Shown here: positions 51,478-64,000 of the stretch, in pieces
Numbering within the stretch: the first letter of the stretch is position 1
Layout: every line of letters starts with the position of its first letter
NCBI RefSeq assembly: GCF_030028105.1
Contig: NC_092383.1
Span: 86,075,921 to 86,139,920 of the forward strand
Origin: Mobula birostris
Taxonomy: Eukaryota
Direction: 5' to 3'
DNA length: 64,000 nt
Made by a program: the position numbers and the translations under genes
The notes under the pieces: model-generated
Database searches by the model: none
The model's input: the letters and a program-made list of their open reading frames with translations, nothing else
What the model was told of the DNA's origin: nothing

Positions 51478-54400
51478 TGTCTCAGTGTGTTTCCACATTT
51501 CTGAGTCAATAGATTACCGATCCAGTCTCATTCCAGGCAGGTGAGCACAAGATCAGTGGTGGGTAACTTACTGGAAGTGATTGTGTGAGACAGGATCTAC
51601 CTGTATTTGCCAAGGCAAGATCTGATTTTGGATAGTGAACATGATTTTATGCATGGGAAATCCTCTCTCAAAAATATTTGACTTGAGTTTTTTTTGAGAG
51701 ATGATCATAGGAACTGATGAGGACAGGACTTTAGAATTTAGCAGCTGAGTTTAGCAAGGCTTATGACCATACCTTGCATAGTAGACTGATCTGCAATGTG
51801 GGATCTCATGGTAGGCTAGTAAGATGGATACTGAATAGGCTTGGTGGAAGGAGTCAGATTGCCCTGACGAAGGGTCTTGGCCCAAAACGTTGACTGTGCT
51901 TCTTCCTATGGATGCTGTCTGGCCTGCTGCGTTCCACCAGAATTTTGTGTGTGTGTGTGGTAGTGGAGTGTTGGTTCTCTGGCAACTTCAGGCTTTATTA
52001 CCAGTGGGGTGCCATCAGGATCAGTGCTGTTATTTGTTAACCACTGTTGTTTGTCATCAATATTAATGAAATGAAATGAATATAATGGAATGAAAATGCA
52101 GGTGACATGATTTCTGCTTTATGGTTGACAGTGGACAGTGGAATAAGTTGTCTTAATTTACAAGAGGATCTTGAAAATGAGCCGGTGTTCAGCCCCATTA
52201 CTCTGTGCCAGCAAGCTCCTCTCCCCCCACAACCTGAGCCTGTATTGTCTGCTTGCATTTGACCTGTCTCCCTCTCTTCTCGGTACTACCATCAGGTGGA
52301 AGGTGCAGGAATCTTGGGCCCCACACCACAGGGTTCGGAAACAGTTGTTGTCCTGCAGCTATCAGGCTCCTGGATTGGTTTCACTCGCCTCAGCACTGAA
52401 CTGACTCCGCAGCTGTGGACTCACTTTCAGAGACTCTGCCTCTCATGTTCTATGTATTATTTGTTTGAATATTTGTATTATCTGCACAATTCATCACCTC
52501 TTGCACATTGGTTGCTTTTCAGTCTTTATTGTGTGTGGTTTTACATGGATTCTATTGTGTTACTTTGTTTTGTTGGCAAAGGTATGGTGCATAATCACTG
52601 TCTTCATCCCAGGGTAGAGGAGTCGAAAACTAGCGACCCTCGGCTTAAGGAATGAGGGGAAATTGTTAGAAAGCCTGGAGCAGCAGTGTTTTCCACAAGC
52701 AGCAGTGTGTGCGTGGAAAAAAAATGCCAGGGGAAGTGCTAGAAATGGGTACACACGCACTATTTAAAATACATTTGGACAAGTTCATGTATAGGAAAGT
52801 TTTAGAAGGATTTCGTCCAATTGCAGGGAAATGCGTGAAGCTCAGGAAGAAACTGTGGTCAGCATGGACGATTTGGGATGAAGCTCCTCTTTGCATAACC
52901 TATAACTCCCTGACTCTGCAGCATCCTCTCTAAACTGGAACACACTTTTGAAAGGTTAAATTCAGAATTCTATTTCATTGCATAGATGTGACAGCTTATG
53001 GGATCACAGCCAATCAGATTGCACTTCAATTTCAAAATTCAAAGTTCAAAGTACTTTTATTATCAAAAAATCTATACCATATACAACCTTGAGATTCACC
53101 TCCTTGCAGGCAACCATAAAACAAAAAAAAATAGAACCTTTTTAAAAAAAAAGACTGTGAAAGACTACAGATAAAAGAGGAAATCAAAGTAAGCAAATAA
53201 CTTTTGGAACTGAAATTCACAAAACTGAGGCCACAGGCAAGAAGTCAGTCCTCATTCTAACCAATTCAGGAGCCTGTTAATTGCCAACCACAGCCTCAGT
53301 TCAGCGTAAAGACAAATAAACCAGGCGGTGCAGCAAGCTGAACACCAGCCCATCCCTCGCCTTAGACTGACATTCCAAAAGGGATTTGAAGGCTTATTTT
53401 CCTTGTTGTAATCATGAAATGCAGCAGCCTTGTTCATATCATACATAAACTCAAATAGAAGTAATGGATTCCCTGCTCATGTCTCAAAGTGAGTGAGGTT
53501 TTTTATTCAACAACCAGAAACTCAGTTTCAGCAGTTAGTAATTTACCTGGGCTGCTCAGATATTCAAAAGCTAGAGACGACCAAAGATAATGAGACAATA
53601 AGACATAGGAGGAGAATTAGGCCATTTGGCCCATACAGTCTGCTCCACTATTCTATCAAGGCTGATTTATTATCCCACTCAATTCCATTCTCCCCGTAAT
53701 CTTTGATGCCTTTCCTAAGCAAGAGACTATTAAGTATGTTTTAAATATACCCAATGTCTTCGCCTCAAAAGCCATGTATGGTATTGAATTCCACAGATTC
53801 AACACCCTCTGGCTACAGAAATTCCTCCTCATCTCTGTTCTAATGTACGGAGTCTGCACATCCTCCATGTGGAATGTATGGAGTCTCCCCGAGTGGTCCT
53901 GTTTCCTCCCACAGTCTGAAGACATACTCATTAGGATAACTGGTCTTTGCAGATTGCCCTGTGATGAGGTTACAGTTAATTGGGTTTGTCGAGAGTTCCT
54001 TCGGTGTTGTGGCCTAAAGGGCTGGAAGTGCCTACTCTGTACTCTATCGGTAAATAAGTAAAATAAAGGGACGCCCTTGAATTCTGAGGCTGATTTTTCG
54101 GGCATGATTTCCCCCATATAGAAACCATACTTGATCATACACCTCCAAGTACCCCAAAATCTTGTTCATAATAGTGGACTCCAACACCTTCCCAGCCACT
54201 GATTTCATGCTAACTGATCAGCAGTTTCCTCTCTTTTGTCTCCCTCCTTTCTTAAAGAGTGTGCTGATATTTCTGATTTTCCAGTCTTTTGAACATTCCA
54301 GAGACTAGTTATTCTTGAAAGGTCACCACTAATACCTCCACAATTTCTTTGTGTAACTCTTTCAGAACCTTTGTGTGTAGACCGTTTGGTCCAACTGACT

Positions 54401-54844
54401 TTTCTACCTGCAGATCCCTCAGCTTCCCAAGCACCATCTCCTTAGTAATAGCAACCACACTCACCCATGCCCCCTGACATTGCAAAATTTCTGTCGTTCC
54501 CACCAATATTATAAATTGTTCCTTTTGCTTATATGAGAGTGTCACTGTCTCACAACTCAACACCTATTCTAGTCTTTTCAAACCATAGAGAAAGGTATGA
54601 AAGGAATGTTCTCAGTTTGTCTGGACATGCAAGTACAACTATGTCTGAGATGCTTCACATCTTCGTGCAGGAAGAGACAGACTTAACTGTTCACTGCACT
54701 TTATTTCTATCCCATGGAGGCTGCAATGTGCAGCTTATACAAATGCAAAGAAATTCCTTACCCTCACTAGAAGTATAAGAGCAGCAGTAAGAGAGCAACA
54801 AAAATAAATATTTAAATGTAGCCTCCCTTGAAATTAGAACTTAC

Positions 54845-55165
54845 TGGTGCCATTGATTTCCATCACATAACTGCAGATCTTTCTGTTGTTGAAGGCTGTC
54901 ACATTAACCATTGCAATGGATCTTGCTCCAAGCAAAGTCGAGGCACTGCAGTAATATTGATGGTGCCGCTGGTTGAAGGATTGACAATGTAGAGCCAGTT
55001 CATTGGTATCTGAGATCTTTGGATGCCCAGATGATGTTACTTCATACCATTTGTACTGGATGGGAAGGGAACCCTGGAAAGACTCAAAGGGAAGTGACAC
55101 GGTGCTCCCAAGACGTGAGACATTTGCTGGTGACAGATATCGAAGCACAGGCGCAGACACAGGTT
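54845..55165 (-). pseudogene. C2 exon, copy B; B-strand Cys replaced by Phe (VSLPFES)
   Basis: 321 nt, intact splice sites and open frame, but the first canonical Cys is lost. Confidence 0.75.
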
Positions 55166-55275
55166 CTGCAGGAAACAATTAATCATTCAGACACTAAATG
55201 AACATCTGAAAATCAAACACTCTTCTACCACTTCATTAGGTATAAATGTTCACCTGGTCATTCATGCATATATCT

Positions 55276-58200
55276 CAGGTACATTCCAAGACAGGGAAAG
55301 GATGGGAGAGTACAGGAACTGTGGTGTACAAAGGAAGCTGAAAATCGAGTCAAGAAGAGAAGAAACGCTTATAAAAGGTTCAAAAAACTAGGTAATGATA
55401 GAGATCTAGAAAATTATAAGGCTAGCAGGAAGAAGTTTAAGAATGAAATTAGGAGAGCCAGAAGATGCCATGAGAAGGCCTTGGTGAGCAGGATTATGGA
55501 AAACCCCAAGGATAATCCAGAGAGTTTTTACAGGTATATTAAGAGCCAAAGGAATGTAAGGGATAAAATTGGTCCTCTTGAAGATCAGAGTGGTCGGCTA
55601 TGTGCGGAACCAAAGGAAATGGGGGAGATCTTAAATAGGTTTTTTGCATCTGTATTTACTAAGGAAACTGGCATGAAGTCTATGGAATTAGGGGAAACAA
55701 GAAGTGAGATCATGGAAACTGTACAGATTGAAAAGGAGGAGGTCCTTGCTGTCTTGAGGAAAATTAAAGTGGATAAATCCCTGGGACCTGACAGGGTGTT
55801 CCCTCGGACCTTGAAGGAGACTAGTGTTGAAATTGCAGGGGCCCTGGCAGAAATATTTAAAATGTTGCTGTCTACAGGTGAGGTGCCGGAGGATTGGAGA
55901 GTGGCTCATGTTGTTCCATTGTTTAAAAAAGAATCAAAAAGTAATCCGGGAAATTATAGGCCGGTAAGTTTAACGTCGGTAGTAGGTAAGTTATTGGAGG
56001 GAGTACTAAGAGACAGAATCTACAAGCATTTGGATAGACAGGGACTTATTAGGGAGAGTCAACATTGGTTTGTGCGTGGTAGGTCATGTTTGACCAATCT
56101 ATTGGAGTTTTTCAAGGAGGTTACCAGGAAAGTGGATGAAGGGAAGGCAGTGGATGTTGTCTACATGGACTTCAGTAAGGCCTTTGACAAGGTCCCGCAT
56201 GGGAGGTTAGTTAGGAAAATTCAGTCGCTAGATATACATGGAGAGGTGGTAAATTGGATCAGACATTGGCTCAATGGAAAAAGCCAAAGAGTGGTAGTAG
56301 AGAATTGCTTCTTCGAGTGGAGGCCTGTGACTAGTGGTGTGCCACAGGGATCAGTGCTGGGTCCATTGTTATTTGTCATCTATATCAATGATCTGGATGA
56401 TAATGTGGTAAATTGGATCAGCAAATTTGCTGATGATACAAAGATTGGAGGTGTAGTAGACTGCGAGGAAGGTTTTCAGAGCCTGCAGAGGGACTTGGAC
56501 CAGCTGGAAAAATGGGCTGAAAAATGGCAGATGGAGTTTAATGCAGACAAGTGTGAGGTATTGCACGTTGGAAGGACAAACCAAGGTAGAACATATAGGG
56601 TTAATGGTAAGGCACTGAGGAGTGCAGTGGAACAGAGGGATCTGGGAATACAGATACAAAATTCCCTAAAAGTGGCATCACAGGTAGATAGGGTCGTAAA
56701 GAGAGCTTTTGGTACATTGGCCTTTATTAATCAAAGTATTGAGTGTAAGAGCTGGAATGTTATGATGAGGTTGTATTGGTGAGGTCAAATCTGGAGTATT
56801 GTGTTCAGTTTTGGTCACCAAATTACAGGAAGGATATAAATAAGGTTGAAAGAGTGCAGAGAAGGTTTACAAGGATGTTGCCAGGACTTGAGAAACTCAG
56901 TTACAGAGAAAGGTTGAATAGGTTAGGATTTTACTCCCTGGAGCGTAGAAGAATGAGGGGAGATTTGATAGAGGTGTATAAAATTATGATGGGTATAGAT
57001 AGAGTGAATGCAAGCAGGCTTTTCCCACTGAGGCAAGGGGAGAAAAAAACCAGAGGACATGGGTGAAGGATGAGGGGAAAAAGTTTAAAGGGAACATTAG
57101 GGGAGGCTTCTTCACACAGAGAGTGGTGGGAGTATGGAATGAGCTGCCAGACAAGGTGGTAAATGCGGGTTCTTTTTTAACATTTAAGAATAAATTGGAC
57201 AGATACATAGATAGGAGGTGTATGGAGGGATATGGTCCGTGTGCAGGTCAGTGGGACTAGGCAGAAAATGGTTCGGCACAGCCAAGACGGGCCAAAAGGC
57301 CTGTTTCTGTGCTGTAGTTTCTATGGTTCTATGGTTCTATTCTACAATTATGATGAGGGGCAAGAGAACCCATCAAGTGTGACAGTGGAAAAGTGTGTAT
57401 GGAACCAGAGGAGGTAGCGGAGGTACTTAATGAATACCTCGCTTCAGTATTCACTACGGAAAAGGATCTTGATGATTGTAGGGATGACTTACAGTGGACT
57501 GAAAAGCTTGACCATATAGACATTAAGTAAGAGGATGTTCTGGAGCTTTTGGAAAGCATCAATTTGGATAAGTCACCAAGACCGGACGAGATATACCCCA
57601 GTTTACTGTGGGATGGGAGGGAGGAGATTGCTGAGCCTCTGGCAATGATGTTTGCATCATCAATGGGGACGGGAGAGGTTCCAGAGGATTGGAAGGTTGC
57701 AGATGTTGCTCCCTTATTCAAGAAAGGAAGTGGAGATAGCTCAAGAAATTATAGACCAGTAAGTCTTACTTCAGTGGTTGATAAGTTGATGAAGAAGATC
57801 CTGAGAGGCAGGATTTATGAACATTTGGAGAGGCATAATATGATTAGGAATAGTCAGCGTGGCTTTGTCAATTGAATTTTTTGAGGATGTGACTAAACAT
57901 ATTGATGAAGATAGAGCAGCAGATGTAGTGTATATGGATTTCAGCAAGGCATTTGACAAAGTACTCCATGCAAGCCTTAAAGAGAAAGTAAGGAGGCATG
58001 TAATCCAAGGGGACCTTACTTTATGGATCCAGAACTGGCTTGCACACAGAAGACAAAGAGTGGCTATAGATGGGTCATATTCTGCATGGAGATTGGTGAC
58101 CAGTGGTGTGCCTCAGGGATCTGTTCTGGGACCCCTTCTCTTCATGATTTTTATAAATGACCTGGATGAGGAAGTGGAGGTTTGGGTTAGTAAATTTGCT

Positions 58201-59097
58201 GATGACATAAAGGTTAGGGGTGTTTTGGATAGTATGGAGGGCTGTCAGATGTTACAGCGGGACATTGATAGAATGCAAAACTGGGCTGAGAAGTAGCAGA
58301 TGGAGTTCAACCCAGATAAGTGTGAGATGGTTCATTTTGGTAGGTCAAATATGATGGCAAAGTATAGTATTAATGGTAAGACTCTTGGCAGTGTGAAGGA
58401 TCAGAGGGTTCTTGGGATCTGAGTCCATAGGACACTCAAAGCTGCTGCGCAGGTTGACTGTATGGTTAAGAAAGCATATGGTGTATCGGCCTTCATCAAC
58501 CATGGGATTGAGTTCAAGAGCCAAGAGGTAATGTTATGGCTATATATGACACTGGTCAGACTCCACTTGGAGTTCTGTGCTCAGTTCTGGTCACCTCACT
58601 ACAGGAAGGATATGGAAACTATAGAAAGGACTCAGAGGAGATTTACAAGGATGTTGCCTGGATTGGGGAGCATGCCTTATGAGAATAGGTTGAGTGAACT
58701 TGTTCTTTTCTCCTTTGAATGGCGGAGGATGAGAGGTGACCTCATAGGGTGTATAAGATGATGAGAGGCATTGATCATGTGGATAGTCAGAGGTGTTTTC
58801 CCAGGGCTGAAATGACTAGCACGAGAGGACACGGTTTTAGGGTGCTTGGAAGTAGGTATAGAGGAGATGTCAGGGGTAAGTTTTTTGTGCAGAGAGTGTA
58901 TGGAATGGGCTGCCGGCGACGGTGGTGGAGGCGGATACAATTGGGTAGAGACTCCTGGATAGGTCCATGGAGCTTAGAAAAATAGAGGGCTATGAGTAAG
59001 CTGAGGTAATTTCTAAAGTAATACGTGTTCGGCACAGCATTGTGGGCCTAAGGACCTGTATTTTGTTGTAGGTTTTTCTATGTTTCTATGTTTCTAT
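55276..59097 (+). mobile_element. Host CR1 (subfamily 2), 5'-truncated, containing a nested CR1; specific to copy B
   Basis: RT fragments 57549-58985 and a (tttctatg)n tail; splits a Tc1-like element. Confidence 0.88.
55508..57339 (+). mobile_element. Nested young CR1, same subfamily as 6490-10843
   Basis: 433-aa RT ORF 55481-56782; about 4 differences in a 150-nt sample vs the reverse complement of about 8130-8275; (ttctatgg)n tail. Confidence 0.93.
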
Positions 59098-59616
59098 CTA
59101 ATGTGTCAATCACGTGGCATCATCTCAGCCCATAAAAGCATGCAGACATGCTCAAGAGGTTCAGTCACTGTTCAGGCCAAACATCAGAATGAGGAAGTAA
59201 TGTGATCTGAGTGACTTTGACCATGAAATCATTGTTGGTGCCAGACGGGGTAGTTTAAATATCTCAGGAACTACTGATCTCCTGGGATTTTCACACAAAC
59301 TTTCTGTAGATTTTCAAGAATGGTACGGACAGCATGAAAAGACATCCAGTGAGTAGCAATTCTGTGAACAAAAGTGCCTTGTTAATGAGAGATGTGAGAG
59401 GAGAATGGCCAGACTGGTTCAAGCTGACGGAAAGGTGACAGTTTGGTGGATTTCAGGAGAGAATGAAATTGTGATTGGGTTCAGTGACCTGCTGTAGAGA
59501 GGGAAACATTTGGCACTGATATTAATGTAGAGATAGTGAGGGATGGTCAGGGTCCGGACAAAGACTATGAGACATTTCTTTTATGGAAAGCACAAAGTCA
59601 GTCACTGGAAACCTAC

Positions 59617-59680
59617 CATCATTTACTTTTAGTACTAAATTAAATCTCGTACTGACACCTGTTGTTTACACCCGCTTATA
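59617..59680 (-). pseudogene. 3' remnant of V1 exon, copy B
   Basis: Matches 25033-25095 (...TRFNLVLKVND|gtaggt), has an in-frame TAA and is cut off by a (CATAGAA)n CR1 tail and an L1-like element. Confidence 0.8.
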
Positions 59681-59719
59681 GAACATAGAACATAGAACGT
59701 AGAATAGGACAGCACAGTA

Positions 59720-62700
59720 CAGCAGCTCTACGCTTCACATGGAAAGGAAAAAACAAGTTCTTTACTACTGCTGCAGAAGCAGAGAAATTCATTTAGGAAA
59801 ACTGCGGTGCTGGTACTGACTGAGAGACAGGATATGATTACAGTAATAGGTGGAGATAACTTTTTAGGTATAACAAGGTGGGTGGGGAGTCGGTTAAAGC
59901 GGTCGGATTAGGGCTTGGCTTACTAGCACTTTGTGGACCATATCATGTGTCTTTTTCCTTTCTGTTTCTTTGTGGAGTATATCCTGCCTATTTGTTTTTA
60001 TTTGTTAGTTAATCTGGCAGGAATATATTATTTCTATGTTTTTGGGTTATGTTGGTTGTTTACTTGTTGTTCGAGAACACAGCATTTGCAGTGTTCGTTG
60101 GTAATAATTGAGCATGGGGATAGAGTTCAACAGGTTTTTTTTGGAGTTTTCATTTTATTGCATTCCAGACTCAGCCATCCATGTAAATGTGTATTTTCGC
60201 ACGTGTGCATGAAGTTTAGGACATGAAAATGGTTAATTTCATATCATGGAACATTAATGGGTTTGGAAACCAAATCAAGAGGAAAAAGACTTTATCATAC
60301 CTTAAATGTAAACAAATTGTGTCCAGGAAATATATTTTAAAGATGTTGAAGCACTGAAATTTGGAAGAGATTGGGTGGGCCATGTATTCAATTCATCAAT
60401 TAATAGCAAACAAAATGGGACAATGATTTTAGTTAACAAAAAACTTAGTTTTGTATTGCTTGGGGAATTTAAAGACAAGGAAGGCAGGATAATCTGTTTA
60501 GATGCACTTATTAATGGGGTGAAAGTAGTACTTTGTAACTTATATGCACCTAATAAGAAAGACCCAGACTTTCTTAACAAGGTGAACGAAATTTTAGGTA
60601 CCAAGGAAGGACAAATAATTTTAGCAGAAGCCTTTAACCAAGTAATGGACTCTGTTATTGATAAAAGCAAATTTCAGACATCACCAGTACCTAGGGACAG
60701 GGCTGCTTTACATCAACTTATTGAGGATATCGGTCTGGTGGATATATGGCGATTGGTGAATCCATCCGGAAAAGAACATACATTTTTCTCTTATCAACAT
60801 CAGTCCTACTCTAGAATAGATTTAAATACTGAAGGGGGAAGGAGGGGTAGATGGCGAATGAATACTGTGCTGTTAAAAGATGAGGATTTCAGTGATAAGT
60901 TGGCTGAGGATCTGACTTCATTTTTTTGAATTGAATGTAGGGACCACAGTAAAGCTGTCCTCAGTTAGGGAGGCATTCAAGGCGTATCGAAGAGGAAAAT
61001 TAATAGCACAAACATCTTAAAGGAAGAAAGAAGGTATGGAGCAAATAAAAAAACCTAGAAGCAGAAATAACCACATTGGAAAAGGTCTTATCAAGACATT
61101 ATACCGACGACTTATACAAAGATCTGTGCAATTTGAAATTCCAGCTAAATAACATGTATAACAAAGAAGCAGAACATGTATTATTTAGATTAAAAACAAG
61201 TTTCTACGAAGGTGGTGACAAAACTGGTTAGCGGCTGGCACAATATCTAAAGCAGTAGAAGACGAATAGTGTTATACCTCTAATTAAGAAAGGGGATACA
61301 TTAGTGTCATCATCCAAAGAAATAAACAAAGTCTTTCAACAGTTCTGTGAACATTTATATGCATCACCATTTAAACATGATCATGAGGAGCTGAATCAGT
61401 TTTTTGCTAACATAAAATTGCCTATATTATCCCCACAACAAGCTAAGTCCTTGGATGCCCCAATTACTGAGGATGAGGTTCGACGGGCTATTGTGGCTAT
61501 GAAAATGGGGAATATTATAAGAAATTTCTGGACATGTTGGCTCCTATTCTAACAAAAACCTATTCAGAAGCATTTAATTTGGAGTTTTTACCTAATACAT
61601 TTAATGAAGCATTAATATTGTTGATCCCAAAAAAAATCAGGGATGCAATAGATCCTTCCAATTATAGGCCTATAAGCTTAATTAATGTGGACTGTAAGAT
61701 ACTGACTAAAATACTGGCTGTGATTAGAGTAAGTAAGGCTGAACTCCTCAAGAAGTATCCCAGTTACTGCCATCTCCCTGGGCACCGAAAAGGCCTTTGA
61801 CAGGGTAGAGTAGAGATTTTTAACCACAGCCTTGTCATTGTTTGGGTTTGGCTCCATCTTTAAATCATGAATTAGAATTTTGTATGAAAACCTTAAGGCT
61901 GCAGTATTACAGATGCAATCATATCCCCAGTTTTCAACGTTTCAAGGGGTATGTACCAAGGCTGCCTCCTCTCCCCACTGTTATTTACTACTATTTTTTT
62001 GGAACCGTTGGCAATCATGATTAGAGCAGATCCAAATATTAGAGGGGTGAAGGGAGGTGGAAAGGAACTTAAGCTGATGTTATATGCTGACGATATTTTA
62101 TTACTGATTAGTGACCCTCCTAATTCCTTACCCCCACTAATGAAAACATTTCAATTCAATTCTGAGGTATCTGGTTATAAAATCAACTGCAATAAATCGG
62201 AGGCTATGCCAAAAGTCAAAATTGTGTTATTCAAGTTCAGTATCTCAGTTTAATTTCAGATGGGTGCCAGTTGGAATGAAGTATCTAGGGGTCAAACTCA
62301 GTCAGAATTTGGATGAAATAATTACTTTAAATTATGATTCATTATTGAGTAGGATCAGAAGTAATCTGGATAAGTGGGGGGGCACTGAGACTGTCACTCT
62401 GGAGTAAAGTCAATGTAGTTAAAATGGTCATAGCGCCTCAGTTTAACTATCTTTCTATGATGCTTCCTTTACATATATCAGATTTGATCTACAAGCAATA
62501 CAACAAAATTATCAGTGATTTTCTATGTGATAAGAAGAAGCCCAGAATTAAAATGAGTAAGATGTGTCTGTCCAGGGACATGGGTGGGCTCAGTCTACCA
62601 GATGTCAGGGCATATAAATTATCCTTTGAAGTGACCAAATTAGCTAAACATTGGGACAGGGCTGATGTTGATTTAGATTGGGTGATTATAGAACAGAGCC

Positions 62701-63888
62701 TGGCTGCACCACATTCTCTCCTTAACATCCTCTCACAACATGTGGAAAACAAGACTAATCTAAATCCTATACTATTTCACTCAAGGAGTGTGTGGAGTAC
62801 AATTCATAAAGCTTGTAGAATGTCACACTTAAACCAGTTATACTCCTCGCTCTGGAATATCCCTGAGATATGCATTGGGAAGAGAATGGTGTACTGGAAA
62901 GAATGGAAGATTAAAGGTGTAAATACAGTAGGTGATCTCTGAAAATGGGATTTTTATGTCATATGTGGATTTGCAGAGGAAATATAACTTAGTAGATAAA
63001 GGGTATTTTTGGAAGTATTTACAAATAAGACATTGCATTAGTAGCATATTTAAGAATGGTGACTCCCAAAGTAACTCTTTAACTGAATACTTCACATTAT
63101 CACAGGGAGTTCATAAAGCAACAGTGTTTTATAAAATGTTCAAGCACTCTGTGGGTGAATCGTGTAACAATCTCAAAGCAGCATGGCAGAAGGATCTTGG
63201 AAACGATATTGAAGATAATGAGTGGTCAAATATTTTATCAAATGTGGGTAGACATATTAGGGAAGCGAGAGGGTAATTTATTCAGTATAAGATAGTACAC
63301 AGATATTATTGGACACCAACTAGACTCTAGAAAATGGGGATTGTTGAAAATAATTTATGGTGGAAATGTAAAAATGGGGTGGGCACATATTTTCACATGA
63401 TTTGGGACTGTTAATTGGTTGGTCCATTTTGGTGTAAAGTTCTGGATTTGTTGGGGAATTGGTCGGGTTCCACACTGCCCTTGTGCCTACGGCTTTGTCT
63501 CTTGGGTGATAGGACAATGATACCTAATGTTAACAATGACAAATTTACTATTTTAAAGGTGGGTCTCATCACAGTTGCAAGAATTATATTGCAAAACTGG
63601 AAGAAACCCAGATGTCCTACTGTGAAGGAATGGACTGAGGAAATGATTAAGATTTCATTATATGAACACATGTTGGGAAGAATTAACAGTGAGGGAAAAG
63701 AGCAAGATGCGTGGGATCAATTTTGGTTGTATGTTAATTTAAACTCAAATTAGAACTTCTTTCTGTTTCTAAGTTTTATTTGTTTTCCTGTCATGGGATG
63801 GCTGTGTAAATATGTGTAAATTTTATTCTGCTTTGTAAAACAAGAATAGATAATCATAAAAATTTGAATTATATATAAAAAAAGAAAG
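59720..63888 (+). mobile_element. L1/Tx1-like LINE: ORF1 C-terminus, spacer, disrupted ORF2 (about 60223-63753) and poly(A)
   Basis: LRFTWKGKNKFFTTAAEAEKFI*; ISWNING APE start; NYRPISLINVDCKIL, QGCLLSPLLF and LYADD; degenerate C-terminal WKC..H..WDC. Confidence 0.9.
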
Positions 63889-64000
63889 AGACCCCTCATG
63901 ATGTCTGAAACTGTGCCCTTTCGATCTGAAGCAACTCATACTCATCAGGTCTGGCAGTATCTATGGAAATAAATAAATAGTTGACATTTCTGAAGGGGTC

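Larger units (their letters stand above)
40367..59680. repeat. Segmental duplication, copy B
   Basis: Colinear with 1-25080. Example: the TM exons differ at 4 of 91 nt and the stalk exons at 0 of 37. Confidence 0.95.

Noticed and set aside
53547-53570. 24-nt phase 1-1 micro-exon (FEYLSSP)
   Set aside because: The donor is conserved, but the acceptor AG is absent in the paralogues near 22640 and 13530.
63890-64000. Possible start of a third locus copy (resembles 5085-5140 and 46925-46980)
   Set aside because: Too short, and part of a high-copy Penelope-derived repeat.

Overview
This is AT-rich, repeat-dense vertebrate genomic DNA. The repeat content (CR1 with (ATAGAAACC)n-type tails, Penelope-like, L1/Tx1, Rex-Babar, RTE, Tc1, hAT and solo LTRs) suggests a cartilaginous fish; that assignment is an inference. 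The window holds a tandemly duplicated, minus-strand locus for a CD300/pIgR-like Ig-superfamily receptor. Unit A spans about 1-40366 and unit B starts at about 40367. Splice signals and phases, read by hand, give a complete in-frame model for copy A: leader (25923-25962), V-set (25033-25347), C2-like (23906-24226), optional second V (17693-18007), 37-nt stalk (4857-4893), Arg-containing TM (1009-1099) and a short Tyr-free tail (759-809). That is 284 aa without V2 or 389 aa with it. Copy B keeps intact stalk, TM and tail exons, but its Ig exons are damaged: C2 Cys>Phe, an 18-nt G-strand deletion in V2, and V1 truncated by retroelements. Older partial duplicates left an orphan leader and relic exons. 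Most other ORFs in the track are transposon fragments or antisense noise. A Penelope-like element and several derived short repeats carry minimal hammerhead ribozyme motifs. All gene models are sequence-only predictions with no transcript evidence.
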